Assembly (NCBI GenBank): GCA_963668025.2
Contig: CAXXTH010000017.1
Location: forward strand, 1,120,001-1,184,000
Reading direction: 5' to 3'
Length of the DNA stretch: 64,000 nucleotides
Source: Candidatus Hydrogenedentota bacterium
GTDB taxonomy: Bacteria > Hydrogenedentota > Hydrogenedentia > Hydrogenedentales > SLHB01
A program made the translations under genes and the position numbers. Below are positions 47,358 through 57,088 of the stretch, piece by piece; within the stretch, counting starts at the first letter, position 1; every line of letters starts with the position of its first letter. The notes under the pieces were generated by a model, which saw nothing but the letters and a program-made list of their open reading frames with translations, did no database searches and was not told where the DNA came from.

Positions 47358-47777
47358 TCAGTTCGTTCGGGACAATTCCATATCTCCGTAGAAGAGTTTC
47401 CCGCCGCGCACCGTGACGATATAGGACATATCTCCTGTTTTCACCGTGATTTGCCCCGCGTCAAAGGTCCATTCGCCAGATTCCGAGCCGTTGGCCGTCA
47501 ATTTGCCGTCTTGCCCGAAAGCCAGCGTGAGCGGGCCCGCGCTCCAAGCGGTTCCTGGCAGCGATTCCGCTGTCAGGGCAGCTTCGGGCGCTGGATTCGC
47601 CGCAGGTGCGGAAGCGGCGCTAACTGGTTTTACCGTTTGTGCGGGCTCTGCCGGCTTGCCGGTTTCGCCGCCACAACCAGTTGCCAGAATGACAACCGCT
47701 AATGCCATGGCTCCATGCAAGAAGATCCTCCAAGGGGCCATTTGATTGCTGTTACGCAGCCATTTCCCGCTTTGCAT
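47358..47777 (-). CDS. hypothetical lipoprotein
   Basis: ATGC lipobox, Pro/Ala linker, beta-rich C-terminal domain; AGGAG RBS. Confidence 0.75.
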   Translation of the reverse strand: MQSGKWLRNSNQMAPWRIFLHGAMALAVVILATGCGGETGKPAEPAQTVKPVSAASAPAANPAPEAALTAESLPGTAWSAGPLTLAFGQDGKLTANGSESGEWTFDAGQITVKTGDMSYIVTVRGGKLFYGDMELSRTN

Positions 47778-47795
47778 CTGTCGGACGACTCCTTT

Positions 47796-48230
47796 TTACT
47801 TTTCAGCAGCCTTGCCCAAGGCCAGCATGATGGACGATTGTGCATCATCTTTTATGACCTTGATGCTTAATGTACGCGAATCCTTGCTATAGGTCATCGT
47901 GTACATCAGGCCGCCTTGATCCGCAGACATCTCTTCCGTCCACTGATTAGCTTTCGCCTGCTCTTTGAAGCTCTTGACTACCTGGCCATACGTATCGGGC
48001 GTTACCGCGGATAGGGTATAGACGCCCTCTGCCGCACCCTTGGCGCACATCTCGATCTTCATGTCTTTGTAGAGCGGCACATCTTTTGGAAAGTCTTCAG
48101 GAATCTGTGCATCTTCACCGATCAGCACTGGCGGGGCATCGGATTTCTTCGACGCCGCCGACTCTGCGCCATCGGCCACCCCGGCTTCGGCGATAGAAGC
48201 CTGAGCCGGGGTGACCAATTGATGGTTTAG
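47796..48230 (-). CDS. globular domain (IPEDFPKDVPLY type); probable -1 frameshift extension of the upstream lipoprotein
   Basis: open -1 frame from the slippery site; only a TTG start (48218) without clear RBS and no signal peptide. Confidence 0.7.
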   Translation of the reverse strand, partial: LNHQLVTPAQASIAEAGVADGAESAASKKSDAPPVLIGEDAQIPEDFPKDVPLYKDMKIEMCAKGAAEGVYTLSAVTPDTYGQVVKSFKEQAKANQWTEEMSADQGGLMYTMTYSKDSRTLSIKVIKDDAQSSIMLALGKAAEK

Positions 48231-48236
48231 TTTCCC
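48169..48236 (-). other. candidate programmed -1 frameshift signal
   Basis: G GGA AAC TAA followed by a long GC-rich stem-loop. Confidence 0.65.
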
Positions 48237-48529
48237 GCTGGGGCCGGGGCTGGCGCTGGCGCTGGCGCCGGAGCTGGTGCCGGAGCCGCAGGGGCTGCCG
48301 GAGCTGGTGCCGGAGCCGCAGGCGGAGTTATCGGAGCAGGCATAGCCGGCGGCGCAGGCGGCTTCGGCATGTCAGGCTTTGCCGTGTCAGGCTTCGGCAT
48401 CGGAGCTGGCTTCTCGCCCACGCCTGGTTTTTGCACAGGTTCCGACGGTTTCTGTCCGCATCCTGCTACTACGAGCGTCACCGCCAGCAGTATGCAGCAC
48501 GCCAATCCAAGAGCTGCCATTTTCTTCAT
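48227..48529 (-). CDS. short Pro/Ala-rich lipoprotein (100 aa)
   Basis: MKKMAALG...VAGC lipobox, GAGGAG RBS, ends in PAPAPAGN*. Confidence 0.8.
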   Translation of the reverse strand: MKKMAALGLACCILLAVTLVVAGCGQKPSEPVQKPGVGEKPAPMPKPDTAKPDMPKPPAPPAMPAPITPPAAPAPAPAAPAAPAPAPAPAPAPAPAPAGN

Positions 48530-48717
48530 AGATGCACTCTCTCCTCTCGCTGGCAACACGAAGGCTGCCTGGTTGAGTGTTTGTTTACGTGCAAAGGGCA
48601 GACGAACTTTCGTTTGCCACAACAATTCTTCGCACGCTCCTTTAGACTACACCTGATGCACATTCACGTCAACATGCACCGGTACATTAATGTAATCCGC
48701 CGAATCTGTCAAAAGTT

Positions 48718-49971
48718 TCACCGATTCTTTTCCGCTTGTTCCATATCCCGAAACACGGCGGCGGCCAGAAAAACCAACAGCAGCGCCCCGGCGGCAGGGA
48801 CTGCCCAGAAGATGCGGTAATCAATGGCCCCGTCCGCATAAGTAAACCATTGGGCGAGTTTTCCAGCAAGAAGGCTGCCTCCGAGCACGCCTCCGCCCGA
48901 GAATATCATGGCGAAAATCTGCTGGGCCCCCGAGCGCTCGCCTGGCCGGCAATAGGTGTCCAGGCAAATGAAAGCCGCTGCGAAATACAACGCATAGCAC
49001 AATCCATGTGACGCCAAAGCCATCAATACTAATGTATCCGGTTTGCCGATAGCTAACGCGCCATAGCGGAACACCTCCGCCAGCAACCCGGCTATCAATA
49101 CCCGCTTAAACCCCCACCGCGCCAAAATGCGGCCCAGGCAAATCATGACGCCGACTTCGGTGACTTGGCCCAGGCTCATGGCGGGCATGATATAGGCGTC
49201 CGCATAGCCTCGGGCGTGCAGAAAGGGCGCCGCGCCAAAATAAAAAAAACGGTCCACCACGGCCGCCAAAAAGGTCAGTATTCCCAATCGCGCCACGGAA
49301 CCATTAAAGTATAGCTTTAGGGCGTCCCATGGAGACGCCTTTAAAGCGCCTGATTCTTGGCGGCGGCTTTGAGGAAGGGCGAGAGCGCCCGCGGCGAATA
49401 CGAACGATACGATAGCGGACAGCCATAAGGTATCTTGCAGGCGGCCCGAATTTAACTCGCCCGAAGGCGTTCGCAGCCAGCCGAAGCCGAATATGACTGC
49501 CACGACGATGCAGCTTGCCGTGCCCCATAACCGGATGATCCCAAAATCACGCCCATTTTCTTTCAAGTGGTGAAAGACAATGGCGTTGGTCAAACCGAAT
49601 GTAGGCGCGAAGCAGAGGCTGTATATTAAGTACCATATTATAAATGGACCATATTTGGTTTGCTGGGCCAGCATAAGCATGGCCAATCCGCCCAATGCAT
49701 TGCAGAGGGACAGCAGGCGCTCGTCGCTGATCCGATGATTCGCAAGACGCATGATGAAAAGCGGCGCGATGATTGCCGCCACCGCAGGCATGGCCAGCAC
49801 TTTTCCTATTTGGAATGCCTCGAAACCAAGCGTATCTTTCAAATAGAGGCTCAATATGGGCACGGTCGCACTTGGGATGAGATGTTCCAGGAACATCATG
49901 CTGTTGAGCCGCCAGCGAATGCTTCGTTTCACGGATTGATCCAGTCTGTTGTGTGAATGCCGATAACGCAA
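48718..49971 (-). CDS. MFS nucleoside:H+ symporter-like (NupG/YegT family)
   Basis: MMFLE, PTFGLTNAI, FGIIRLWGT, MSLGQVTEV, HGLCY. Confidence 0.82.
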   Translation of the reverse strand: MRYRHSHNRLDQSVKRSIRWRLNSMMFLEHLIPSATVPILSLYLKDTLGFEAFQIGKVLAMPAVAAIIAPLFIMRLANHRISDERLLSLCNALGGLAMLMLAQQTKYGPFIIWYLIYSLCFAPTFGLTNAIVFHHLKENGRDFGIIRLWGTASCIVVAVIFGFGWLRTPSGELNSGRLQDTLWLSAIVSFVFAAGALALPQSRRQESGALKASPWDALKLYFNGSVARLGILTFLAAVVDRFFYFGAAPFLHARGYADAYIMPAMSLGQVTEVGVMICLGRILARWGFKRVLIAGLLAEVFRYGALAIGKPDTLVLMALASHGLCYALYFAAAFICLDTYCRPGERSGAQQIFAMIFSGGGVLGGSLLAGKLAQWFTYADGAIDYRIFWAVPAAGALLLVFLAAAVFRDMEQAEKNR

Positions 49972-50259
49972 AATCGGGTATTCTAGCCCGGCAGGCCTGT
50001 TTCACCCGGAGCTGCAAGATGATAGCGCATCTTCGTGAACCACGCCAGGATGTTAAATCATAATAAGATTTTGCCCCGTGGTGAAGAATGGCCATCGAGG
50101 GCGGCGGCCACACACATTGCTTGCTAGAAAACAAGGCCAAAAGCCTTCAGATGCGGCTTCCATTGGGTGAGTGTTGCAGGTCAATATACGTGAATAGCAA
50201 GCCTATCTTCGCGTAATATGGGAAAGGAGGATATTTACACAGCATATGGGGAGGATGCG

Positions 50260-51684
50260 ATGGCTTGGTTATCCTGGCTGCTATTGATCAGCGAATGGAC
50301 GATCCGCATCACCATGCTGCTCGTGGTGGCGCGCAAGCGGAGGCCGAATTCGGCCGTGGCCTGGCTATTGATTATCTTTTTCGAACCGCTCATCGGATTG
50401 GCCCTATACCTGCTCATCGGTGAAAACCGCCTGCCCCGGCGGCGCATGGGCGAGTATAAGGAGGTGCTCGACGCCGGGCATGTGCGGGAACGCTTCCGGG
50501 GGCACTCCGGCATTGTGCAGCCGCGGGTCGAAGAGCGCTTCAAGGCGACGATCTCCATGGCCGAGCGATTGGGCAATCTGCCCATTCTGGGAGGCAATCA
50601 TGTGGCGCTTATCGGCTTGGACGGCGATTTTGCGGAACAGCTCGTTCAAGACATTGATCATGCAAAAGACCATGTACACTTGCTGTATTACATTTTCGGG
50701 TGCGAAGACATAGGCGAGCGTGTGGGCCAGGCGCTTGCGCGGGCGGTCGAACGGGGCGTGGCCTGCCGCGTGTTGATGGACGGCGTGGGCTCCCGAAAAA
50801 CGCTGAAGCGGTTTGGCCCCGGCTTGCGGCAAGTGGGTGTCGAGGTGCATGCGGCGCTTCCCGTGGGCGTCTTCCGGCGGCGGGTGGCGCGTTTTGATCT
50901 CCGCAACCACCGCAAGCTGGCGGTCATTGACGGCTCCATTGGGTATACCGGCTCGCATAACCTCATCGGCGCGTCATCGTATGGGCGCCAGGATTTGGCA
51001 TGGGTGGATTTATCCGTGCGCGTGCAAGGCCCGGCGGTGCTCAACTTGCAGTCGGTTTTTATGAGCGATTGGAATTACGAAACTGGCCAAGCGCTTGACG
51101 AAGAGCGGTATTTCCCCGATGTGAAACCTAGCGGGAATGTGGCCCTTCAAGTGTTTCCTAGCGGGCCAATATATAACATCGAGATTTTCCAGCGCCTAGT
51201 TGTGTCTGCTCTGCATGCCGCACAGCGGCATGTGGTGATTACGACTCCCTACTTCGTGCCGGATGAGGCGTTTTTACAGGCCATGCAGACAGCGGTTTGG
51301 CGGGGGGTCATGGTGGAGATCATCGTGCCGGAACGGTTTGATCAACTCTGGGTTGGGGCGGCGTCGCAGGCCTATTTCGAGGAATTACTCGAAGCGGGCG
51401 TACGGATTTACCAGTATCAAAAGGGCATGCTCCACGCCAAAACCTTATGCGTGGATGATGCGATGGCCTTCATCGGCTCGAGCAATTTCGACATCCGGTC
51501 GTTCGCGTTGAATTTCGAGATCAATAGCGTGGTTTTCGATCCGCATATCGTGGAAACCTTGCGACAAGAGCTGGCCCGCTACCGAGCGGATTCGCGCTTG
51601 CTGATACGGGAAGACTGGGCGAAGCGCTCGTTGGGGCTCAGGGCGTTCCACCAATTGGCCAAACTCATGAGTCCGGTATTATAG
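50260..51684 (+). CDS. cls: cardiolipin synthase
   Basis: two N-terminal TMs, two HKD motifs (RNHRKLAVID, LHAKTLCVD), TPYFVPD. Confidence 0.93.
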   Translation: MAWLSWLLLISEWTIRITMLLVVARKRRPNSAVAWLLIIFFEPLIGLALYLLIGENRLPRRRMGEYKEVLDAGHVRERFRGHSGIVQPRVEERFKATISMAERLGNLPILGGNHVALIGLDGDFAEQLVQDIDHAKDHVHLLYYIFGCEDIGERVGQALARAVERGVACRVLMDGVGSRKTLKRFGPGLRQVGVEVHAALPVGVFRRRVARFDLRNHRKLAVIDGSIGYTGSHNLIGASSYGRQDLAWVDLSVRVQGPAVLNLQSVFMSDWNYETGQALDEERYFPDVKPSGNVALQVFPSGPIYNIEIFQRLVVSALHAAQRHVVITTPYFVPDEAFLQAMQTAVWRGVMVEIIVPERFDQLWVGAASQAYFEELLEAGVRIYQYQKGMLHAKTLCVDDAMAFIGSSNFDIRSFALNFEINSVVFDPHIVETLRQELARYRADSRLLIREDWAKRSLGLRAFHQLAKLMSPVL

Positions 51685-51688
51685 ATAT

Positions 51689-52468
51689 GTGAGGGCATTG
51701 GCGATGGCAGGCCTATGGATGCTGGCTATCAAAAATCTGGTGTTTCCGCAATTCTGCAAGCAGTGCGGCATGCGGATTCTCACTGAGGAGAACTGCCATT
51801 TCTGCCCCACGTGCTGGGGCTTAAGCCCGAGGATCGAGCCGCCGTTTTGCAGCATATGCGGGCGTCCCCACCCAGAAAGCGTGGGGTTGTTTGCCATGGA
51901 AAGCTCGCAGGTTTTCCCATGCGGGCCTTGCGCATCCGGAAAGGAACAGCGGCATTATGGGCGCACCGTGGGGGCGGCCGTGTTTGACGGGCCTATCGCC
52001 GAAGCGATCAAGCTGCTTAAATTCCATGGGCGGACCAATCTCGTCCCGCCATTGGCGGCGCTCTTGCTCGATACGGCGGCACGCTGCCTGGATACCGAGG
52101 CGTACGAGGTGATCACCCCAGTGCCGCTACACCGCATACGCCAGCGCGAACGCGGCTTCAACCAGTCCGAACTGCTGGCGCAGGCAGTGCTCCCCGCTTT
52201 CACCGGGGCGCGATTCGAGCGCTTGCTGCTCCGCGTGCGGCCCACCCGCACCCAAAGCCTTCTCGAAGGCCGCAAAGAGCGCCTCGACAATGTGCGCGGG
52301 GCGTTCGCACTGGCGGAAGGGGCGCGGGTGGCAGGCGCGACGGTGCTGCTCGTTGATGATGTGGTCACCTCGCACGGCACCGTATCGGAATGCGCCCGGG
52401 TGCTCCGGCAGGCGGGTGCAAAACGGGTGGATGTGCTGGCGGTGGCCTTAGCCAGCGCGGCAGGATAG
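51689..52468 (+). CDS. comF: ComF family protein
   Basis: double zinc ribbon CxxC, PVPLH..R..ERGFNQ, LLVDDVVT. Confidence 0.9.
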   Translation: MRALAMAGLWMLAIKNLVFPQFCKQCGMRILTEENCHFCPTCWGLSPRIEPPFCSICGRPHPESVGLFAMESSQVFPCGPCASGKEQRHYGRTVGAAVFDGPIAEAIKLLKFHGRTNLVPPLAALLLDTAARCLDTEAYEVITPVPLHRIRQRERGFNQSELLAQAVLPAFTGARFERLLLRVRPTRTQSLLEGRKERLDNVRGAFALAEGARVAGATVLLVDDVVTSHGTVSECARVLRQAGAKRVDVLAVALASAAG

Positions 52469-52804
52469 CATATAAGTAAGGATTTTGCCGATCAGTGGCT
52501 AAGGATTGCATTCTAAGATCCGGATTCTTTGGCCACGAAATACGCTATAACTTGAGTAGATACTTTTGTAGGGGAGGCAAGCCAAACCCTACTATTAACC
52601 GTGTATTTGATGGCCTGGAAATCCGTATCTTTGGTTTCGGCTATGCCGTGCGGTGAATACTCGATCAAGCCGTCTTAAACAAAGTAACTATCTGCTCGTT
52701 ACTTTTGGCTCTTGAATTCAATATTTTTGTCAAGTAAACACTTTCCTTTTTCGCAGTTTTGCGGTACCATTACAGGGCGGGGGTGTTTAGGAAGGGAGAA
52801 CGTC

Positions 52805-53533
52805 ATGCGAAAGGGAAGCGACATGGCTCCATCTATACGGTTTTCGACTATGTGTTGCACCGCCGCCGCACTGTTGGCGATAGTTTTTTTGCTTGCGCCA
52901 GCGGCGTGGGCGGGCAATGTGCTGCAAGTGCGCGCCAATGACGTGGACGGCGCGGCGCAGGGGTATGTCCAGTATTTCCGATGGGATGACACGGCGCAAG
53001 CGTATAAGCCGCTCCATTCGAGATATGTCAAAAAAGGTCTGGACCGCATCGCCTTGGCCCCGGGCAAATATTGGGTCAAGATGACCTATACCGAGACCTG
53101 CGCCGAGCAAATCCAGGAAGAAAAGGACATTGTCCTGGATGACGGCCAGGAAAGGGAGTGCTTTTTCTATTTTCCAAAAGGCGTGGCGGAGTTCAGCGCG
53201 CAAGATAACGACACCTGCGTGACCGCGAACGCCATGCTGACGATTTCGTATTGTGATGGAAACGAATTTAAGCGCCTCAAAAGCCGCCGGATTGATTCAT
53301 CCATGAAATGGGACGACATCTTTCTTGCCCCAGGCATCTATAAGGTGCGCTTTGATTATCTCGAGACACGCCCCCACATGGAATACGCGGAGCGGACCTT
53401 CGAGATTAAAGATGGAGAAGTGGTGTCCATATTGGGCCTGTTCCAGCATGGGCCATGGGAAAAGATCAGTGAAATCCACGCCGAAGAGCAAGTGAACGGG
53501 CCGATGGATAAAGGCCCGGCATGTAACGAGTAA
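52805..53533 (+). CDS. secreted hypothetical protein with two internal beta repeats
   Basis: signal peptide (AAWA), repeated LAPG.Y.V...Y.ET and DG. Confidence 0.7.
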   Translation: MRKGSDMAPSIRFSTMCCTAAALLAIVFLLAPAAWAGNVLQVRANDVDGAAQGYVQYFRWDDTAQAYKPLHSRYVKKGLDRIALAPGKYWVKMTYTETCAEQIQEEKDIVLDDGQERECFFYFPKGVAEFSAQDNDTCVTANAMLTISYCDGNEFKRLKSRRIDSSMKWDDIFLAPGIYKVRFDYLETRPHMEYAERTFEIKDGEVVSILGLFQHGPWEKISEIHAEEQVNGPMDKGPACNE

Positions 53534-53674
53534 GCGCTGGGTGTTTCTTTTGGACATGATTTACTTCCGGTCAGCTCGCTAGAGCGCCGCTGCTTACATA
53601 GTTATATCCATCTAAACACCCCGGCTTCAGCCGGGTGCTAAGGAGAGCCTGTTTAGACAGGCTAAAAAGGCACC

Positions 53675-53961
53675 GTAATATGTTAGCCGACTGAAGAAAT
53701 GGCCGCTTTTTTAGACATGATTTACAAGATTAACAAGATTGGACATGATCGTAACAATTCTTTATAGAGTTGAGCCATGAAAAAGCGGACGTGCTTTTTC
53801 GTGTAGCGGAATTGCCATTAAAAAATCTTGTCCATCTTGTAAATCCTGTCTAAAATAATTCTCCCATTAACGGAGCTTGGCCATGTATTCGCGTCTATTC
53901 GCGTCTATTCGCGGTTCAAAAATCTGCCCACTGCTTTTGCTCCAGATGGCCAAAGTGTTAC
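53675..53961. mobile_element. MITE-like element carrying family-B and 10-nt periodic palindromes
   Basis: ends GTAATATGTTAGCCGACTGAAG / GGCCAAAGTGTTAC; internal IR 53709-53740 / 53824-53855 and (TATTCGCGTC)-type repeat 53886-53916. Confidence 0.65.
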
Positions 53962-54076
53962 AAGACGCCAAGCAACCTGGTGTCTATTGCATGCAAGGTT
54001 GGGTTCTCCTGGCTACCGTACTGCGCAAAAAGAGAAACATGCGTTAATCGGCCGGATTTTCGTCGGTATTCCCCTC

Positions 54077-54105
54077 TTGACAGAATGGGCGGGAAGGTGT
54101 ACAGT
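54077..54105 (+). promoter_or_regulatory. sigma70 promoter of the sugar locus
   Basis: TTGACA-N17-TACAGT. Confidence 0.65.
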
Positions 54106-54110
54106 ATTGT

Positions 54111-54128
54111 TTAGTAAACGTTTTCTGG
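54111..54128. promoter_or_regulatory. LacI-family-like operator 1
   Basis: TTAGTAAACGTTTTCTGG at the expected transcription start. Confidence 0.65.
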
Positions 54129-54242
54129 TTGCGCGGGTTTGGTGAGCAGCGGGCGCTATGGTGCTACTGGGCAATGAAGTCTGGGGCTCAGTATCGTATG
54201 AAATGCATGAGCGGGTGGGATAGGCAATTTTCGCACGCTTGA

Positions 54243-54260
54243 TTAGTAAGCGTTTTCTAA
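54243..54260. promoter_or_regulatory. LacI-family-like operator 2
   Basis: TTAGTAAGCGTTTTCTAA. Confidence 0.65.
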
Positions 54261-54366
54261 TCCAGGCGCGGGCAACGGGAAAAAGAATGGGTCAGCATTC
54301 GCATTATAGAATTGGGTGAGTTGGAGTGGTAAGGACGCAGTCATTCAAAAAAGGAGGAATGGAACA

Positions 54367-55473
54367 ATGAACAAGGTCCGCAGGCGGGGTTTCACCTTGA
54401 TTGAACTCCTAGTGGTTATTGCCATTATTGCGATTTTGGCGGCTATTTTGCTGCCGGCATTGGCGCGTGCCCGGGAAGCGGCGCGGCGCGCTTCGTGTTC
54501 GAGCAATCTCAAGCAATGGGGAATTATCCTCACGATGTTCTCGAACGAGGCGAAAGGGAATTACTTCCCGACGATGTCGCCGTTTGTATATAAGATGGAC
54601 GAAGATGCCAAGGCAACGACGTTTTATTCCCTTTCCATTAACGCTTCCACGGTTTATCCCGATTATTGGAATGATGCAAACATCGCCCTTTGCCCGTCGG
54701 ATTCCCGCGCAGGCATGAGCTATGTGGGTGTGGAGGAAGATTTTCCGGCGCAGATCACCGAAGCCGCCAAGGCGTATTCGAGCAATCCAACCCCACAAAA
54801 TAAAAGTTGCCGGGATCTTTTAATGTCAATGCCTGTCTCATACCTATATTTTGGGTACATGATCACTAGCTTGGGCGAATGGGCGCTATTTGGTGAGTTG
54901 CGGCGCAACTATTTAAATTACTATATCAATATCATTCATGAATATAATGGATATACTGGGAAATCTGGTGAAATCTGTAATACAACATGGGGGGAAGCCA
55001 TATCGGACTTTTCGGAAAAAGATCTTGCTCGAAGTTCCAAGCAAGGAGACTACAATCATACATATTGGGATGGCTATTCCTATTGTAAAGACGAAAACGA
55101 TAAAAACATCGATGTGGCGGCGAAGCCGAGTTTCATTCGTCTGCGCCAAGGCGTCGAGCGATTCACCATCACCGATATCAACAATCCCGCAGGCGGTTCC
55201 ACAGGCCAAAGTACGATTGTCACGATGTTTGACGCGTGGGGCGGCAGAAGCGTAGACCCACGTGAGGCATGGAATGGTTTCGGCCATGAGAAGGCGATTC
55301 AGAATTTCAACCATGTACCGGGCGGCTCGAATGTCCTGTACATGGACGGCCACGTGGCATTCCAACGGTTCCAGGACAACAAGTTCCCCATTGGCAGCGG
55401 AGATGTGGCGGGCAATGATGATATCTCGATTGTACCAGCGCTAGTGGGGCATTTGTATGGTGGAGTGGGCTGA
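54367..55473 (+). CDS. prepilin-type N-terminal cleavage/methylation protein with H-X9-DG motif (DUF1559-like)
   Basis: [51 protein letters not shown]; AGGAGG RBS. Confidence 0.92.
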   Translation: MNKVRRRGFTLIELLVVIAIIAILAAILLPALARAREAARRASCSSNLKQWGIILTMFSNEAKGNYFPTMSPFVYKMDEDAKATTFYSLSINASTVYPDYWNDANIALCPSDSRAGMSYVGVEEDFPAQITEAAKAYSSNPTPQNKSCRDLLMSMPVSYLYFGYMITSLGEWALFGELRRNYLNYYINIIHEYNGYTGKSGEICNTTWGEAISDFSEKDLARSSKQGDYNHTYWDGYSYCKDENDKNIDVAAKPSFIRLRQGVERFTITDINNPAGGSTGQSTIVTMFDAWGGRSVDPREAWNGFGHEKAIQNFNHVPGGSNVLYMDGHVAFQRFQDNKFPIGSGDVAGNDDISIVPALVGHLYGGVG

Positions 55474-55582
55474 TCAACCGTATCTGATGTTTTCGATTGG
55501 ATGCGGATGAATGTCAGAGAGGGGGAAGAGCTTAGTGGCTTTTTCCTGGGTAGACAGAGGAGCAGGAATGAGGAGAATGAAC

Positions 55583-56905
55583 ATGAGCAAGACGAGAATC
55601 GTTGTGGCAGCGCTGGCGCTGCTGTTCGTGGTGGCCTCCGCCGATGCGGCGACTATCCATGTGTCCAAGGCCTACGCTGGCAGTGCGGACCTGGGCGGCG
55701 GCGTGTACCAGACTCCCAATATGGGATATGCACGGTATATCGCGAGTTGGGTGTCCACGGACACTGCCGTGACTGATGAAATCATCGTCGAGGACAGTTC
55801 CACTTATTATGAGAATGATGGCGATGATGGCAATTTCCATTTTGAGAACGCCGGTCCCATCTATTTGCATGCGGCGGAGGGCGCACACCCAGTTTTCAAT
55901 GCCGATGTGACGGCAGCGAATGCGATTCTAATTCTGAAAAATCCGACGGATTGCGTCATCGAAGGCATCACGTTTACGACCAACCGTGTGTTCATGGATA
56001 ATGGCGGCAGTTACAATGAAAGCATGCTGATGTGTGGTGATTGGGCCAATGCCTACACAGCGCCGATTGTCCGGGATTGCATCTTTATCAGCACCAAAGG
56101 CCATGGCTGCATCTCGTACGCCAGTGGTGGCGTCGAAGCGACGGATGCTGTCGAGATTGATCATTGCGCCTTCTATTTTTCCGGTGATGGCGATAAGATT
56201 GAGAATCGTGATCCCATCCACTGGAACAGTGGCTGCTACGGTAATTACGACATCGACCAAAGCACGATCGTGATGAATAATTGCAACTATGTGGGTTGTC
56301 ATTTCCCGGGTGGAACTCTGATTACTTTCACCAACAGCATCATCACCAACGTGCAGGAATGGGGCGCCTTCACGAGTCCGACGACTAATATGATCGACCG
56401 CTGTTTCCTTTCCTATATGGGTAGCTGGAGCGGCAATTTCCCGTCTCCCGACACCAATCTGCCCGCTGGCCATGATGGCGGCGTGTTCGCTGATCCCGTG
56501 TGGGCGGGCGATCCCGCGGCGGGGAACTTCATGATTCAATCCCCGTCTCCCTGTGCGTTCAGTGGCGCGGACAACATCGGCTATGACATCTGGACCACGA
56601 GCGGCGCGACGCCGACCGTGCCGGATGTGTCGGGCATGACACAAACGGAAGCCACGACGGCGCTCGAGGACGCCGGATATGTCGTCACGGTTGAGCAGGA
56701 AGCGAGTGACACTATTCCCGCGGGCACGATCATCCGCACCGAGCCGGCGATTGGCAGTGAGCTTGCCGAAGGCGAGACGGTCACGTTGGTGGTTTCCACC
56801 GGCAGCGCTTCGACGGACCTGCCCGTAGCGGGCTTGTTTGGATTGATGGCGTTGGGTGGCGCTATTGGGCTTGGAGGAACGCTGCGGATTCGCCGCCGGC
56901 GCTAA
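55583..56905 (+). CDS. secreted beta-helix-like protein with PASTA domain and C-terminal membrane anchor
   Basis: signal peptide; VPDVSGMTQTEA...VTLVVSTG PASTA; LPVAGLFGL-TM-RIRRRR. Confidence 0.8.
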   Translation: MSKTRIVVAALALLFVVASADAATIHVSKAYAGSADLGGGVYQTPNMGYARYIASWVSTDTAVTDEIIVEDSSTYYENDGDDGNFHFENAGPIYLHAAEGAHPVFNADVTAANAILILKNPTDCVIEGITFTTNRVFMDNGGSYNESMLMCGDWANAYTAPIVRDCIFISTKGHGCISYASGGVEATDAVEIDHCAFYFSGDGDKIENRDPIHWNSGCYGNYDIDQSTIVMNNCNYVGCHFPGGTLITFTNSIITNVQEWGAFTSPTTNMIDRCFLSYMGSWSGNFPSPDTNLPAGHDGGVFADPVWAGDPAAGNFMIQSPSPCAFSGADNIGYDIWTTSGATPTVPDVSGMTQTEATTALEDAGYVVTVEQEASDTIPAGTIIRTEPAIGSELAEGETVTLVVSTGSASTDLPVAGLFGLMALGGAIGLGGTLRIRRRR

Positions 56906-57009
56906 TTCCCGCTCCTCTACCTAAGTAATGCATAGGTATATGGGATGGACCGCTGGCCATTTTCGGCCGGCGGTCCTCATGTTTAGGATTTGAGAAGAAC
57001 AAACATGCT

Positions 57010-57059
57010 TGTAGCATGGGCGTCCCGCCCATGCGCATGGCCGGGACGGCCATGCTACA
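57010..57059. repeat. REP doublet (REPIN-like), copy 3
   Basis: identical 48-bp core. Confidence 0.88.
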
Positions 57060-57088
57060 GGGGCTTACATTTATAAAATGGGTGTTTC

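Noticed and set aside
48169-48225. Intrinsic terminator for the short lipoprotein
   Set aside because: No U-tract follows on the coding strand and the hairpin lies within an open, protein-like -1 frame.
48540-48625. c-di-GMP-I riboswitch (GGCAAAC GAAA)
   Set aside because: Lacks the downstream GACGCAAA and P3 elements.
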